64,000 nucleotides of DNA from assembly GCA_050010635.1 (NCBI GenBank), contig JBEKKR010000004.1:1074-65073 (forward strand), read 5' to 3'. Below are positions 29,338 through 39,650 of the stretch, in pieces (position 1 is the stretch's first letter; every line of letters starts with the position of its first letter). The notes beneath the pieces were generated by a model, which saw nothing but the letters and a program-made list of their open reading frames with translations, ran no database searches and was not told where the DNA came from. The stretch is from Candidatus Limnocylindrales bacterium. GTDB taxonomy: Bacteria > Chloroflexota > Limnocylindria > Limnocylindrales > CSP1-4. A program made the position numbers and the translations under genes.

Positions 29338-30351
29338 TTGTCTACGGGCACATTGCTTGGGCTGATAGCGATCTTCGTGCTGGCCGTCACGTTCGACTAC
29401 ATCAACGGCTTCCACGACACGGCAAACGCGATCGCCACATCGGTCGCCACGCGAGCGATCAAGCCCGAGTACGCAATCCTTCTGTCGGCCACGGCCAACT
29501 TCGTGGGCGCCCTCGTCTTCGGCGTCGCCGTGGCAACGACTGTCGGCAGCAAGATCGTCCAGGACAACCTGATCCTGGGCAACGGATCGACCGTCCTGAT
29601 GGCCGCCCTCATCGGCGCGATCACCTGGAACCTGATCACGTGGCGGTTGTCGATCCCGAGCTCCAGCAGCCACGCCCTGATCGGCGGTCTGATCGGCGGC
29701 GCCTGGGCTGCTGCGGGCGTCGGCGCGGTGCAGTGGGACCAGTTCGCGGCCAAGATCCTTGTCCCGTTGTTCTCGTCCCCGATCCTGGGTCTCGCGATCG
29801 GTTTCGGTCTGATGATCGTCATCCTCAACGTCTTCGTGCGGGCCAACCCCCGCCACATGAACGACCGTTTCAGGAAGCTGCAGATCTTGTCGGCGACGTA
29901 CATGGCCCTCGCCCATGGGTCGAATGACGCTCAGAAGACGATGGGCATCATGACCCTGGCCCTGTTTGCGGATAAGGCCATCCCGGACAACACGGTGCCC
30001 ATCTGGGTCATCCTGATAGCGGCGACAGCGATGTCACTCGGCACAGCCGCCGGTGGCTGGCGGATCATGAAGACGATGGGCCAGCGCGTCGTCAAGCTGG
30101 ACCCGGTTCACGGCTTCGCCGCCGAGACGACCGCCGCCTCCATCATCATGGTGGCCTCCCACTTCGGCATGCCCGTCTCCACCACGCACGTGATCTCCAC
30201 CGCCATCATGGGCGTCGGCACCAGCGACCGCATCAAGGCGGTCCGCTGGGGGATCGCGCGGAGCATCATCACGGCCTGGATCCTGACGATCCCCTCGACG
30301 GCGATCATCGCCGGAGTGTCATACCTGCTTCTCCACCTCGTCGGCGCCTAG
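29338..30351 (+). CDS. pit: Inorganic phosphate transporter (PiT family)
   Basis: NGFHDTANAIAT, PSSSSH, HGSNDAQK and PVSTTH motifs; start uncertain (29290 GTG or 29338 TTG). Confidence 0.95.
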   Translation: MSTGTLLGLIAIFVLAVTFDYINGFHDTANAIATSVATRAIKPEYAILLSATANFVGALVFGVAVATTVGSKIVQDNLILGNGSTVLMAALIGAITWNLITWRLSIPSSSSHALIGGLIGGAWAAAGVGAVQWDQFAAKILVPLFSSPILGLAIGFGLMIVILNVFVRANPRHMNDRFRKLQILSATYMALAHGSNDAQKTMGIMTLALFADKAIPDNTVPIWVILIAATAMSLGTAAGGWRIMKTMGQRVVKLDPVHGFAAETTAASIIMVASHFGMPVSTTHVISTAIMGVGTSDRIKAVRWGIARSIITAWILTIPSTAIIAGVSYLLLHLVGA

Positions 30352-31065
30352 CGCACCGGCTCCCTGCTCAGTCGGCTTCGGGCGCCTCAGGACGTAGCCA
30401 ACGCCGCGGACCGTCTCCAGGTAGATCGGGTTGGCCGGGTCGGCCTCGATCTGGGCCCGCAGCCAGTGGACGTGGACGTCAACCGTGCGCGTCTCGCCGG
30501 CGTAGTCGTAGCCCCAGACGTGCTCGAGGAGCTGGTCGCGGGTGAAGACGTGGCCGGCGTTGCGGAGCAGGAACGCCAGCAACTCGAAGGCCTTGGGCTT
30601 GACCGGCAGCACTTCCGAACCGCGCAGCAGGCGGCGACCGGCAAGGTCCACTCGCACGTTGCCCAGGTCCACCGTCTCCAGCTCGGGCGCGGCGGCCTGC
30701 GTCTCGGACCGGCGCAGCAGGGCCCTGATCCGGGCCAGCAGCTCGCGGAAGCTGAACGGCTTGGTGACGTAGTCGTCCGCGCCCAGCTCGAGCCCGACGA
30801 CCTTGTCCACCTCCGCGCTCTTAGCTGTCAGCATGAGTATCGGCACACCCGATTCGGCCCGGATGATCCGGCAGACCTCGGTCCCGGATATCTCCGGCAG
30901 CATCAGGTCAAGCAGGATGAGGTCGGGATGGTGGCCCCGAAAGGCCTCGACCGCCTCCCTGCCGTCGGCAGCCTGGACGACGGCGAAGCCCTCCTGCTCC
31001 AGGCTTTCGGCCAGTGTCTCGCGCAGCGTGCGTTCGTCGTCCACGACCAGGATCGTTCGCGCCAT
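30319..31065 (-). CDS. phoB: PhoB/PhoP-type response regulator
   Basis: LDLMLP, GLELGADDYVTKPF and TRTVDVHV.WLR motifs; flanks the pst operon. Confidence 0.82.
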   Translation of the reverse strand: MARTILVVDDERTLRETLAESLEQEGFAVVQAADGREAVEAFRGHHPDLILLDLMLPEISGTEVCRIIRAESGVPILMLTAKSAEVDKVVGLELGADDYVTKPFSFRELLARIRALLRRSETQAAAPELETVDLGNVRVDLAGRRLLRGSEVLPVKPKAFELLAFLLRNAGHVFTRDQLLEHVWGYDYAGETRTVDVHVHWLRAQIEADPANPIYLETVRGVGYVLRRPKPTEQGAGALGADEVEKQV

Positions 31066-31079
31066 CCCGTGGTTCCCTC

Positions 31080-32585
31080 CTACAGGGTGGGAGCCTGGGC
31101 GGTGAGCTTCGCGATCGCCCGATCCAGCCGGGTCAGCGTCCGCTCGTAGCCAAGGGCCACCATCGTATCGAAGAGTGGCGGTGTGGCGGTCCGGCCGGTG
31201 ACGGCGACGCGGATGGCCATGAACAGATCGCCGGCCTTCCAGCCTCGATCCTCGACGAGGCGCCTTAGCGGCGGCTCGATCTCCTCAGCCTCCCAGCTGA
31301 CTTCCCCGATATCCGCGATCGTCTGGCGGGCGACGTCGAGGGCTGCCGCGGTGGTGGCGGCGTCCCAGCCCTTGGGCACCAGCAGTGCCACGTCCGGGTC
31401 GAGTGCGTTCACGAAGAGGAAGCTGATGAGGTCGCCGATGGCCGCCAGAGTCGGCAGCCGCTCCTGGACGACCGGAAGCAGGGCGTGGAGTTCCTCGTCA
31501 GAGGGCAGCCAGTCGATTCGGCCGGCGTCGAGTTCCATCTGGACGAATGGGCGCAGGCGCTCGATCAGGTCGTCGGCGGAGAGGCGGCGAATCCACTGGC
31601 CGTTGAGCCACTCCAGGCGCCCGCGGTCGAAGACCGCGCCGGCGCTGTTGACGGTCGAAAGGTCGAAGCGCTCGATCAGCTCGTCTGCCGAGAGAACCTC
31701 CTCCTCGGTGCCCGTCGACCAGCCGAGGAGGGCCAGGTAGTTGACGAAGGCCTCGGGGATGAAGCCGTCGGCCCGGTACGCGTACACCGCCGTCTGGCTC
31801 TTGCGCTTGCCCATCTTGGTCCGGTCCGGGTTAAGGATCAGCGGCAGGTGGGCGAACTGCGGCACCGCCGCGCCCATCGCCTCGAAGAGGAGGATGTGCT
31901 TGGGCGTGTTGGAGAGATGGTCTTCGCCCCGGATGACGTGGCTGATGGCCATGGCCGCGTCGTCCACGGCAACGGTGAAGTGGTATAGCGGCGTTCCGTC
32001 CGAGCGCACTATCACCAGGTCCCCACCCAGGGCACTCGTGTCTATCTCGACGTGCCCGCGGACGATGTCGTCGAAGGCGATCGTCCGGTCGGCCGGGATG
32101 CGGAAGCGCACCACCGGCTTGTGGCCCTCCGCCTCGAACGCGGCTCGCTCGGCCGCGGTCAGGTTGGCACAGCGCCCGTTGTATCGGGCGGCCTCGCGAG
32201 CAGCCTCCTGGCGCTTGCGCTCCGCCTCGAGCTCCGCCGGCGAGCAGTAGCAGTAGTAGGCCTTGTCCTCCGCCAGCAGCTTCGCGGCGGCCTCCGCGTA
32301 TCGGGGCAGGCGCTGCATCTGGCGATAGGGGCCGTACGCGCCGCGCTCGGGCTCGTCGCCGATGCCGGGTCCCTCGTCCCACCGGATCCCGAGCCAGTGC
32401 ATGCCCTCGAGAATGTCGAGCTCGAAGGCTTCGGTCGAGCGGGCCTGGTCGGTGTCCTCGAGGCGGAAGATGAAGGTTCCGCCGGTGTGCCGCGCGAAGA
32501 GGAAGTTGAACAGCGCCGTCCGCGCCGTCCCGAGGTGGAGCGGCCCGGTTGGGCTCGGTGCGATTCGGACGCGTATGTCGGTCAT
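31080..32585 (-). CDS. gltX: Glutamate--tRNA ligase
   Basis: RIAPSPTG.LHLG (HIGH), VIRGEDHLSNT and KMGKR (KMSKS) motifs. Confidence 0.97.
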   Translation of the reverse strand: MTDIRVRIAPSPTGPLHLGTARTALFNFLFARHTGGTFIFRLEDTDQARSTEAFELDILEGMHWLGIRWDEGPGIGDEPERGAYGPYRQMQRLPRYAEAAAKLLAEDKAYYCYCSPAELEAERKRQEAAREAARYNGRCANLTAAERAAFEAEGHKPVVRFRIPADRTIAFDDIVRGHVEIDTSALGGDLVIVRSDGTPLYHFTVAVDDAAMAISHVIRGEDHLSNTPKHILLFEAMGAAVPQFAHLPLILNPDRTKMGKRKSQTAVYAYRADGFIPEAFVNYLALLGWSTGTEEEVLSADELIERFDLSTVNSAGAVFDRGRLEWLNGQWIRRLSADDLIERLRPFVQMELDAGRIDWLPSDEELHALLPVVQERLPTLAAIGDLISFLFVNALDPDVALLVPKGWDAATTAAALDVARQTIADIGEVSWEAEEIEPPLRRLVEDRGWKAGDLFMAIRVAVTGRTATPPLFDTMVALGYERTLTRLDRAIAKLTAQAPTL

Positions 32586-32648
32586 GCGGTAAGTGTACGG
32601 TCGTACGCAGGTGGCTACGAAGGCGTCGCCGGCTTAGCATCACAGTTC

Positions 32649-32807
32649 CCGATCGCCGGTCCGACAAGGCGCCAGGCGAGCCTGGAGGCAGTCCTAGGCG
32701 GCGACGAGGCGTCAGGCCTGCCTGACGACGCAGCGAGCGCACCCAGCCGTGCGTGAGCAAGGCGCGGAGGAGCCAACGCCGGAATGCGCCGGCTGACCGG
32801 CGATCGG
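32649..32807. repeat. Structured intergenic element closed by a 13-bp perfect inverted repeat
   Basis: ccgatcgccggtc ... gaccggcgatcgg enclosing three internal hairpins. Confidence 0.65.
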
Positions 32808-32808
32808 C

Positions 32809-34131
32809 CTAGAGCAGCTCGCCGACGGGGGCCAGCTCGAAGGCGGCGACCCCTTCGCCGGCCTGGTCGCCGCGCGGGTCCAGGGCGAGCGGCCGGTGGT
32901 AGCGGCCGAGCGCGCGGAGGGCCGCCGGATCCAGGACGCCGATCTGGCGAAGTGTCTCGACGGAGGCGGCAGAGGCAGCCCTGTCGAACCCGCCGCCATC
33001 CTCGATCTTGATGGCCACTCCCGAGGCACCGACGCGGCCGTCGCCCGGCAGCAGCGCGAAGCCACGCAGACCCTCGGCACCCCCTTTGGCCACGATCCGT
33101 CCGGGCGAAGCCTTCATGACAGAGGTATCGAGCCTGTCTCGGCTGCCGGCGACCATCTCGGGGTTCGCCATCATGGCGTCCCGGATCCGCCGCAGCGCAT
33201 CCGTCAGGCTGGACCGAGTGTCTGCCGCTGGGATCGCGGCCGGGTCCGCCAGCATCGCGAAGGCCCGCGCGACCTCGCGCAGCGGGAAGGCGTACGTCGG
33301 CACGCCGCATGCATCAGTCGACATGATCAGAAGCTCGGCCACCGTCGAGAAGGCCCGCGCGACCGTCGCCGAATACAGGCGCTGGACCGGGTGGTCGGGT
33401 CGCCAGTACCCCTCGAGGGGCCAGTCGTTGACCCGGCAGAGGAGGAGCATCGAGGAGTGCTGGCCCGAGCACATGTGGCGGAGCGATCCGGGCTTCTCAC
33501 CGTCTCGGGCCAGGCGCACCGCTGTCAGCGCATCCAGCGGGGCTCCCTCCGCACCGCAGCCCAGGTGTTGCTGGGAGACGCCGGCGCGTCGAAGGACGGC
33601 CTGCAACGTGCGGACGTGGAGATCCTCGCCGGAATGCGAGCCGGCCATGATGGCCAGTTCGGCATCGGACAGGTCGAACGCCTCGACGCCGCCGGCCTCG
33701 ATCAGGGCGACGAGCCCGAAGGGTTTCACGGCCGAGCGAAGGTTGACGAGCGTGTCGGGATCGCCCAGCGCGCGACGAACGGCGCCGTCAACGCCTACCT
33801 CAACGATCGAGCCTCGATGTCGGGCCTCGACCACCCCGCCCCGCATCTGGCGGACGAGGACCGGCGGGGTCCGCGGCGGGTCGGGCGTGCGGGCCGGAGG
33901 CCGGGGGCCGCGGACGTTCTTGACGGCGGCCGAACGGCCCGGGATGGCCGCCGGGGCCGGCGGGGTGGTGCCGGCCGTCTTCGAGCCGGAGGGGGGCCGC
34001 GCCGAGGATGCGGAAGGAAACGGGGCCTGGCGGCTGAGGGGCAGACCGGCCTTCGAGGAGGCGGGCTTGGAGGCCGGCGCGGGTCGTCCGGGCCCGCCGA
34101 CCGGATCCGATCCGAAGCGCGACGGCGACAT
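32809..34131 (-). CDS. L-asparaginase II (AnsA/class 3) family protein with Pro-rich N-terminal extension
   Basis: RSAVKP, GSHSG, CSGQH, DACG and AKGGAEG motifs. Confidence 0.88.
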   Translation of the reverse strand: MSPSRFGSDPVGGPGRPAPASKPASSKAGLPLSRQAPFPSASSARPPSGSKTAGTTPPAPAAIPGRSAAVKNVRGPRPPARTPDPPRTPPVLVRQMRGGVVEARHRGSIVEVGVDGAVRRALGDPDTLVNLRSAVKPFGLVALIEAGGVEAFDLSDAELAIMAGSHSGEDLHVRTLQAVLRRAGVSQQHLGCGAEGAPLDALTAVRLARDGEKPGSLRHMCSGQHSSMLLLCRVNDWPLEGYWRPDHPVQRLYSATVARAFSTVAELLIMSTDACGVPTYAFPLREVARAFAMLADPAAIPAADTRSSLTDALRRIRDAMMANPEMVAGSRDRLDTSVMKASPGRIVAKGGAEGLRGFALLPGDGRVGASGVAIKIEDGGGFDRAASAASVETLRQIGVLDPAALRALGRYHRPLALDPRGDQAGEGVAAFELAPVGELL

Positions 34132-34315
34132 GGTCCCTCCAATCTCGTGGCCTGGACCGCGCTACCGGCGGCTCATCGGTCCGTTCGGCAGGCTCTCGCC
34201 GAGCATACTCCGGCGCGGCTCGACGGGGCGCGATGGGCCGTCGGGAAGGCTCGTGGGGCGGCCGGTCGGGCGGCCGCGGGATCGAGCGGTGTCGCGGTTC
34301 CGCGATACCGGCGCG

Positions 34316-35446
34316 CTATCCTCCAGGCTCGGAAGGCGGGGCGGCCTGAGCCTTGATCTGGATCTTGGCTTGGACCTCAGCCTCGGCCTCTGCGGCCACT
34401 CGAGCTGCCTCCGCTTCGGCGGCGAGTCGTGCGGCTTCGGTCTCGGCGGCTACGCGGGCGGCTTCGGATCCGGCCGCGGCGGCGCGGCGGCCGGCCCGCG
34501 CTACACGCGCTGCAGCGCGGCGGGCGGCGAGCCAGACCCAGGCCCGGTGGATCGCCCTGGCAACCACCGGTATCAGCATCGCCACCACGGTCAAGGCCGC
34601 TACGCCCAGCAGGATGAGTTGCTCCACATCCAGCGAGCGGTAGACCTGCGCATCGCGCCACGTGAACGCGACGGCGAAGCGGGCCGCGGCCCACAGGCCG
34701 AGTACGGTCACGTAGCGCCGCCAGCCGCTCAGGTAGAGCCAGTCGTGCCGGGGCGCAAGCCCGGGCCTCACCACCGGTCCCCAGCGCCGAATGCGAAGAC
34801 GCAGCGAGAACGGCAGGACGACGATGAAGAGGGCCGCCGCGATGGCCAGGCCGCCTTCCATCAGCTGGGACGGCACCGCCGGGTAGCTCGGGTTGAGACT
34901 GCCCCAATCTCCCGAATGGACGTAGCTGGTCGCCCATGAGGCCGTCGAGTACACGCCCTGTCCCGCCCCGCCGAGCGCCATCGCCAGCTTGCCGAGGCCA
35001 AGGCCGAGCACTACCGGAACGCCGGCCGCGCCCAGCCACCGGCCGACCGGCGCGGCGAGGAGACGAGCCACGGCCATGGCCGTCAGCGTCCCGAACACGA
35101 CGGCCAGGGTCAGGCCGTATCCGCCCTGAGAGGGATCCGTGATCGCACCGGACGTGGCCTGGTAGTAGTCGAGGTGGATCAGGGCGTAATCCAGCCTCCC
35201 TCCCACCACGGCCCCCGGCACGGCCCCGAACGCAATGAGAATCAGGTCGTCGCGGCGGAGCTTCGGCAGAGTCGCCCGGGCAGCGTCATCCGCCGCAGCG
35301 GCGCCCGCTCCGGCCCTCCCCGCGCCGATGGCCGCGAGCAGCAGCATGACCAGGACGGCTCCGGCCAGGGCCAGAGTCTCCAGGCGGATCGACAGGCCGA
35401 AGATCATGGTGGAGGGGTCGAAGTCGAGGCCGATGCTGGCTAACAC
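34316..35446 (-). CDS. Lgt-like membrane protein with degenerate catalytic motifs
   Basis: Lgt scaffold recognisable (GGRLDY, PSQLME, ARF) but the GRxGN/E and HGG motifs are replaced; C-terminal AEAARVAAE repeats. Confidence 0.72.
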   Translation of the reverse strand: MLASIGLDFDPSTMIFGLSIRLETLALAGAVLVMLLLAAIGAGRAGAGAAAADDAARATLPKLRRDDLILIAFGAVPGAVVGGRLDYALIHLDYYQATSGAITDPSQGGYGLTLAVVFGTLTAMAVARLLAAPVGRWLGAAGVPVVLGLGLGKLAMALGGAGQGVYSTASWATSYVHSGDWGSLNPSYPAVPSQLMEGGLAIAAALFIVVLPFSLRLRIRRWGPVVRPGLAPRHDWLYLSGWRRYVTVLGLWAAARFAVAFTWRDAQVYRSLDVEQLILLGVAALTVVAMLIPVVARAIHRAWVWLAARRAAARVARAGRRAAAAGSEAARVAAETEAARLAAEAEAARVAAEAEAEVQAKIQIKAQAAPPSEPGG

Positions 35447-35761
35447 TCGCCGAGTGTACCGGGCCGGGCGTCCGCGGGTGGGGCCGCCGAGATCGGTGTC
35501 GGCTGGCCGCCGCCGGCTGTCGGCGGGAGTGTCTGCTGGCCGACAGCTTGGCTGTCGCCTGGCTGCTCATTCGAGGAGCCGGTACGTGGCTTCATACGTT
35601 TGGATGAGAACCTGGGAACGTCCCGGGATCTCGCCGAATCAAATGGGGGGTTCGCCCGATGTGCGGCTACGACCGCCACCGAGGGGGATCGGACGGGCGA
35701 AAGGCGCTGGTCCCGGAATCCCGGGGGGCCGGGACCCGCGCTCTAGAGCTTGATTGGACCA

Positions 35762-35799
35762 GGGAAGCCCCGGCAGGACGGGACCGCCGGGGCTTTCCC
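35762..35799. terminator. GC-rich hairpin (possible terminator)
   Basis: gggaagccccggc...gccggggctttccc inverted repeat downstream of mdh. Confidence 0.6.
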
Positions 35800-35871
35800 A
35801 TGCCGCGCTCGCGCGCCTGGTCGGCGGGCCGGCCTCCGGCGCCGCCCGATCCGCGGGATCGAATGGACTGA

Positions 35872-36951
<1,080 letters not shown>

Positions 36952-37020
36952 CTACCCGAACTCGTAGGCTCCGGCAGGCGAGACACCGGGGGCCTTCGGC
37001 CGGGCCTCGCACGTCGGCGG

Positions 37021-38850
37021 TCAGGCGGCGGCGATCGCCGTCTTCATCTGCTCCAGCCGTGCGGCCAGAGCGGCCGGCAGCTTCGAGCCGAACCTGGCGT
37101 AGTGCTCGGAGATCGCCTCGGCTTCGGCCACCCACGCCGCCGGGTCCACTTCGAAGAGAGCGGCCAGGTCGGCCGAGGTGACGTCCAGGCCGGTCGTGTC
37201 GATCGCACCGGGCGCCGGCAGGAAGCCGATCGGCGTCGAGATCGCATCGTCTTCGCCGAAGCAGCGGCCGAAGATCCATTCGATGACGCGGCTGTTCTCA
37301 CCGAAGCCGGGCCACATGAAGCGGCCGGCCGCGTCCTTGCGGAACCAGTTCACCAGGTAGATGCGTGGCAGCTGGGCGCCGGCCTTCCGGCCGATCTCGA
37401 GCCAGTGGCCCCAGTAGTCGGCCATGTTGTAGCCGCAGAACGGCAGCATCGCGAAGGGGTCGAAGCGCAGCTTGCCGATGGTGCCGAAGGCGGCGGCCGT
37501 CATCTCGGAGCTCATGATCGAGCCGAGGAAGACGCCGTGCTCCCAGTCGAAGCCCTCGCGAACGAGCGGCACCGCGGAGGAGCGGCGGCCGCCGAACATG
37601 ATCGCGTCGATCGGGACGCCGGCCGGGTCCTCCCAGTTGGCCGCGATGGCCGGGTCCTGACTCGCCGGAGCGGTGAACCGGGCATTGGCGTGAGCGGCGG
37701 GCTTGTCGCTGCCGGGGGCCCAGTCGTTGCCGGTCCAGTCGATCAGGTGAGCCGGCGCTTCCTTCGTGAGGCCTTCCCACCACACGTCGCCGTCGTCCGT
37801 CAGGGCGCAGTTGGTGTAGATGCAGTTGGCGTACAGCGTCCGGATGGCGTTGGCGTTGGTGAACATGCTCGTGCCGGGCGCGACGCCGAAGAAGCCGGCT
37901 TCGGGGTTGATGGCGTAGAGCCTGCCGTCCGCGCCGAACTTCATCCAGCAGATGTCGTCACCGATCGTCTCGACCTTCCAGCCCGGGATGGTCGGCTCCA
38001 GCATGGCCAGGTTGGTCTTGCCGCAGGCCGACGGGAAGGCGCCGGTGATGTGCTTGACCCGGCCATCCGGGGCGGTGACCTTGATGATCAGCATGTGCTC
38101 GGCCAGCCAGCCCTCGTCACGGGCGATGACCGAGGCGATCCGCAGGGCGTAGCACTTCTTGCCGAGCAGGGCGTTGCCGCCGTAGCCGGATCCAAACGAC
38201 CAGATCTCGCGCGTCTCGGGGAAGTGAACGATGTACTTGGCGTCCGGGTCGCACGGCCAGGTGACGTCCTTCTCTCCGGGCTCAAGCGGCTTGCCGACGG
38301 AGTGGATGGCCGGCACGAATTCGCCCGTCTTGACGATCTCGGCCAGGGCCTCCTCGCCTATGCGGGTCATGATCCGCATGTTGACCACGACGTAGGGCGA
38401 GTCGGTGATCTCGATGCCGAGGCGTCCGATCGGCGAACCGACCGGGCCCATCGAGAAGGGAATGACGTACATGGTCCGGCCCCGCATCGAACCCCTGAAG
38501 AGATCGTTCAGCGTCGCGCGCATCTCGGCGGGCTCGCGCCAGTTGTTCGTCGGTCCGGCGTCCTCCTGCTTCTCGGAGCAGATGAAGGTCCGGTCCTCGA
38601 CACGGGCGACGTCGGAGGGATCCGAGCGGGCCAGGAAGCTGTTCGGGCGGAGATCGGGGTTGAGCCGGATGAAGGTCCCGGCGTCAACGAGCTGCTGGCA
38701 GAGACGGCTGTTCTCCGCCTCGGAGCCGTCGCACCAGTAGACCGCGTCGGGCGTGGTCAGAGCCGCAACCTCGTTCACCCACCGAACGACGGGATGCGCC
38801 GCAGGAAGACCCTGCGGTTGCCCTTCTACCCTGGCGCCGATCGTTGTCAC
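37021..38850 (-). CDS. pckG: Phosphoenolpyruvate carboxykinase (GTP)
   Basis: [32 protein letters not shown] and [13 protein letters not shown] motifs. Confidence 0.97.
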   Translation of the reverse strand: MTTIGARVEGQPQGLPAAHPVVRWVNEVAALTTPDAVYWCDGSEAENSRLCQQLVDAGTFIRLNPDLRPNSFLARSDPSDVARVEDRTFICSEKQEDAGPTNNWREPAEMRATLNDLFRGSMRGRTMYVIPFSMGPVGSPIGRLGIEITDSPYVVVNMRIMTRIGEEALAEIVKTGEFVPAIHSVGKPLEPGEKDVTWPCDPDAKYIVHFPETREIWSFGSGYGGNALLGKKCYALRIASVIARDEGWLAEHMLIIKVTAPDGRVKHITGAFPSACGKTNLAMLEPTIPGWKVETIGDDICWMKFGADGRLYAINPEAGFFGVAPGTSMFTNANAIRTLYANCIYTNCALTDDGDVWWEGLTKEAPAHLIDWTGNDWAPGSDKPAAHANARFTAPASQDPAIAANWEDPAGVPIDAIMFGGRRSSAVPLVREGFDWEHGVFLGSIMSSEMTAAAFGTIGKLRFDPFAMLPFCGYNMADYWGHWLEIGRKAGAQLPRIYLVNWFRKDAAGRFMWPGFGENSRVIEWIFGRCFGEDDAISTPIGFLPAPGAIDTTGLDVTSADLAALFEVDPAAWVAEAEAISEHYARFGSKLPAALAARLEQMKTAIAAA

Positions 38851-39169
38851 CGTTCTCTCCTAGCTATCCGGTGGGCAAGCCTCGCGTCGCGCGGCGCAAG
38901 CCACTTCGGGCCGGTGCCAGTAGATCGGGCGGGGCGGACATTATGTCTAGAGTTACGACGATTTCGGGGACGTAGGAATTGTACGGAGCGGGGAGCCTGT
39001 CGCGCAAACCAGGTCCGAAGAGGGCGCGCGCGACCATGCCACCCGGTCTGTTTGCCCCGGCTCCTGTCCTTTGGGGTGGTAGGCGCCGGGCATACGATTC
39101 GGAGTCTCTCGACTCGCTCGGGGCCGGTGCAGCGCCTGCCGGCGGGCCGACCAGCAGCGGAGACGTCCC

Positions 39170-39574
39170 ATGATCGCTTTCCTCATCGAACTCGAGAATC
39201 GCGCCGGCTCACTGGCGAAGGTCACGGAGGCGATCGCCGACCGCGGGATCAACATCACCGGCGGCGCCGGGATCGGCGGCGGGAGCCGCGGCTACTTCGC
39301 CGTGACCACGAACGACGAGGCGGCTACGCGGCGAGTCCTCCTGGGTGGCAGCCACAAGTTCCGCGAGATCGAGATAGTGCCGCTGACGCTCGCCGACGTG
39401 CCCGGCACCTTCGCGAAAGCCTGCCGGGCCCTGGCCGATGCCGGTATCAACATCGAGGCCGCCTTCTCCATGACGGGTACGGCCGAGAAGAACACGATCG
39501 CCTTCGCGACCGACGATCCGGTGAAGACCCGCTCCATCCTGAGCAAGAAGTCCCTGACGGGCACCAGCCGCTAG
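39170..39574 (+). CDS. Tandem ACT domain protein
   Basis: Two repeats: ENRAGSLA...GINI and DVPGTFA...GINIE. Confidence 0.85.
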   Translation: MIAFLIELENRAGSLAKVTEAIADRGINITGGAGIGGGSRGYFAVTTNDEAATRRVLLGGSHKFREIEIVPLTLADVPGTFAKACRALADAGINIEAAFSMTGTAEKNTIAFATDDPVKTRSILSKKSLTGTSR

Positions 39575-39595
39575 ACGGAAGATCCGAACTCGGCC

Positions 39596-39630
39596 GAAGG
39601 CCCCAGGGCATTGCGCTCTGGGGCCTTCTT
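39596..39630. terminator. Intrinsic terminator between convergent ACT and lgt genes
   Basis: gaaggccccag...ctggggccttc followed by TT. Confidence 0.7.
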
Positions 39631-39650
39631 CCTGTGGCTTGGTTGGCGAG

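Noticed and set aside
34370-34480. Short tandem repeats at the 3' end of the Lgt-like gene, considered as an array
   Set aside because: They encode in-frame AEAARVAAE helical repeats; no spacers or cas genes.
38985-39070. CCAGGTCCGAAG segment resembling the SRP RNA loop
   Set aside because: Lacks the GGAA tetraloop/AGCAG symmetric-loop context.
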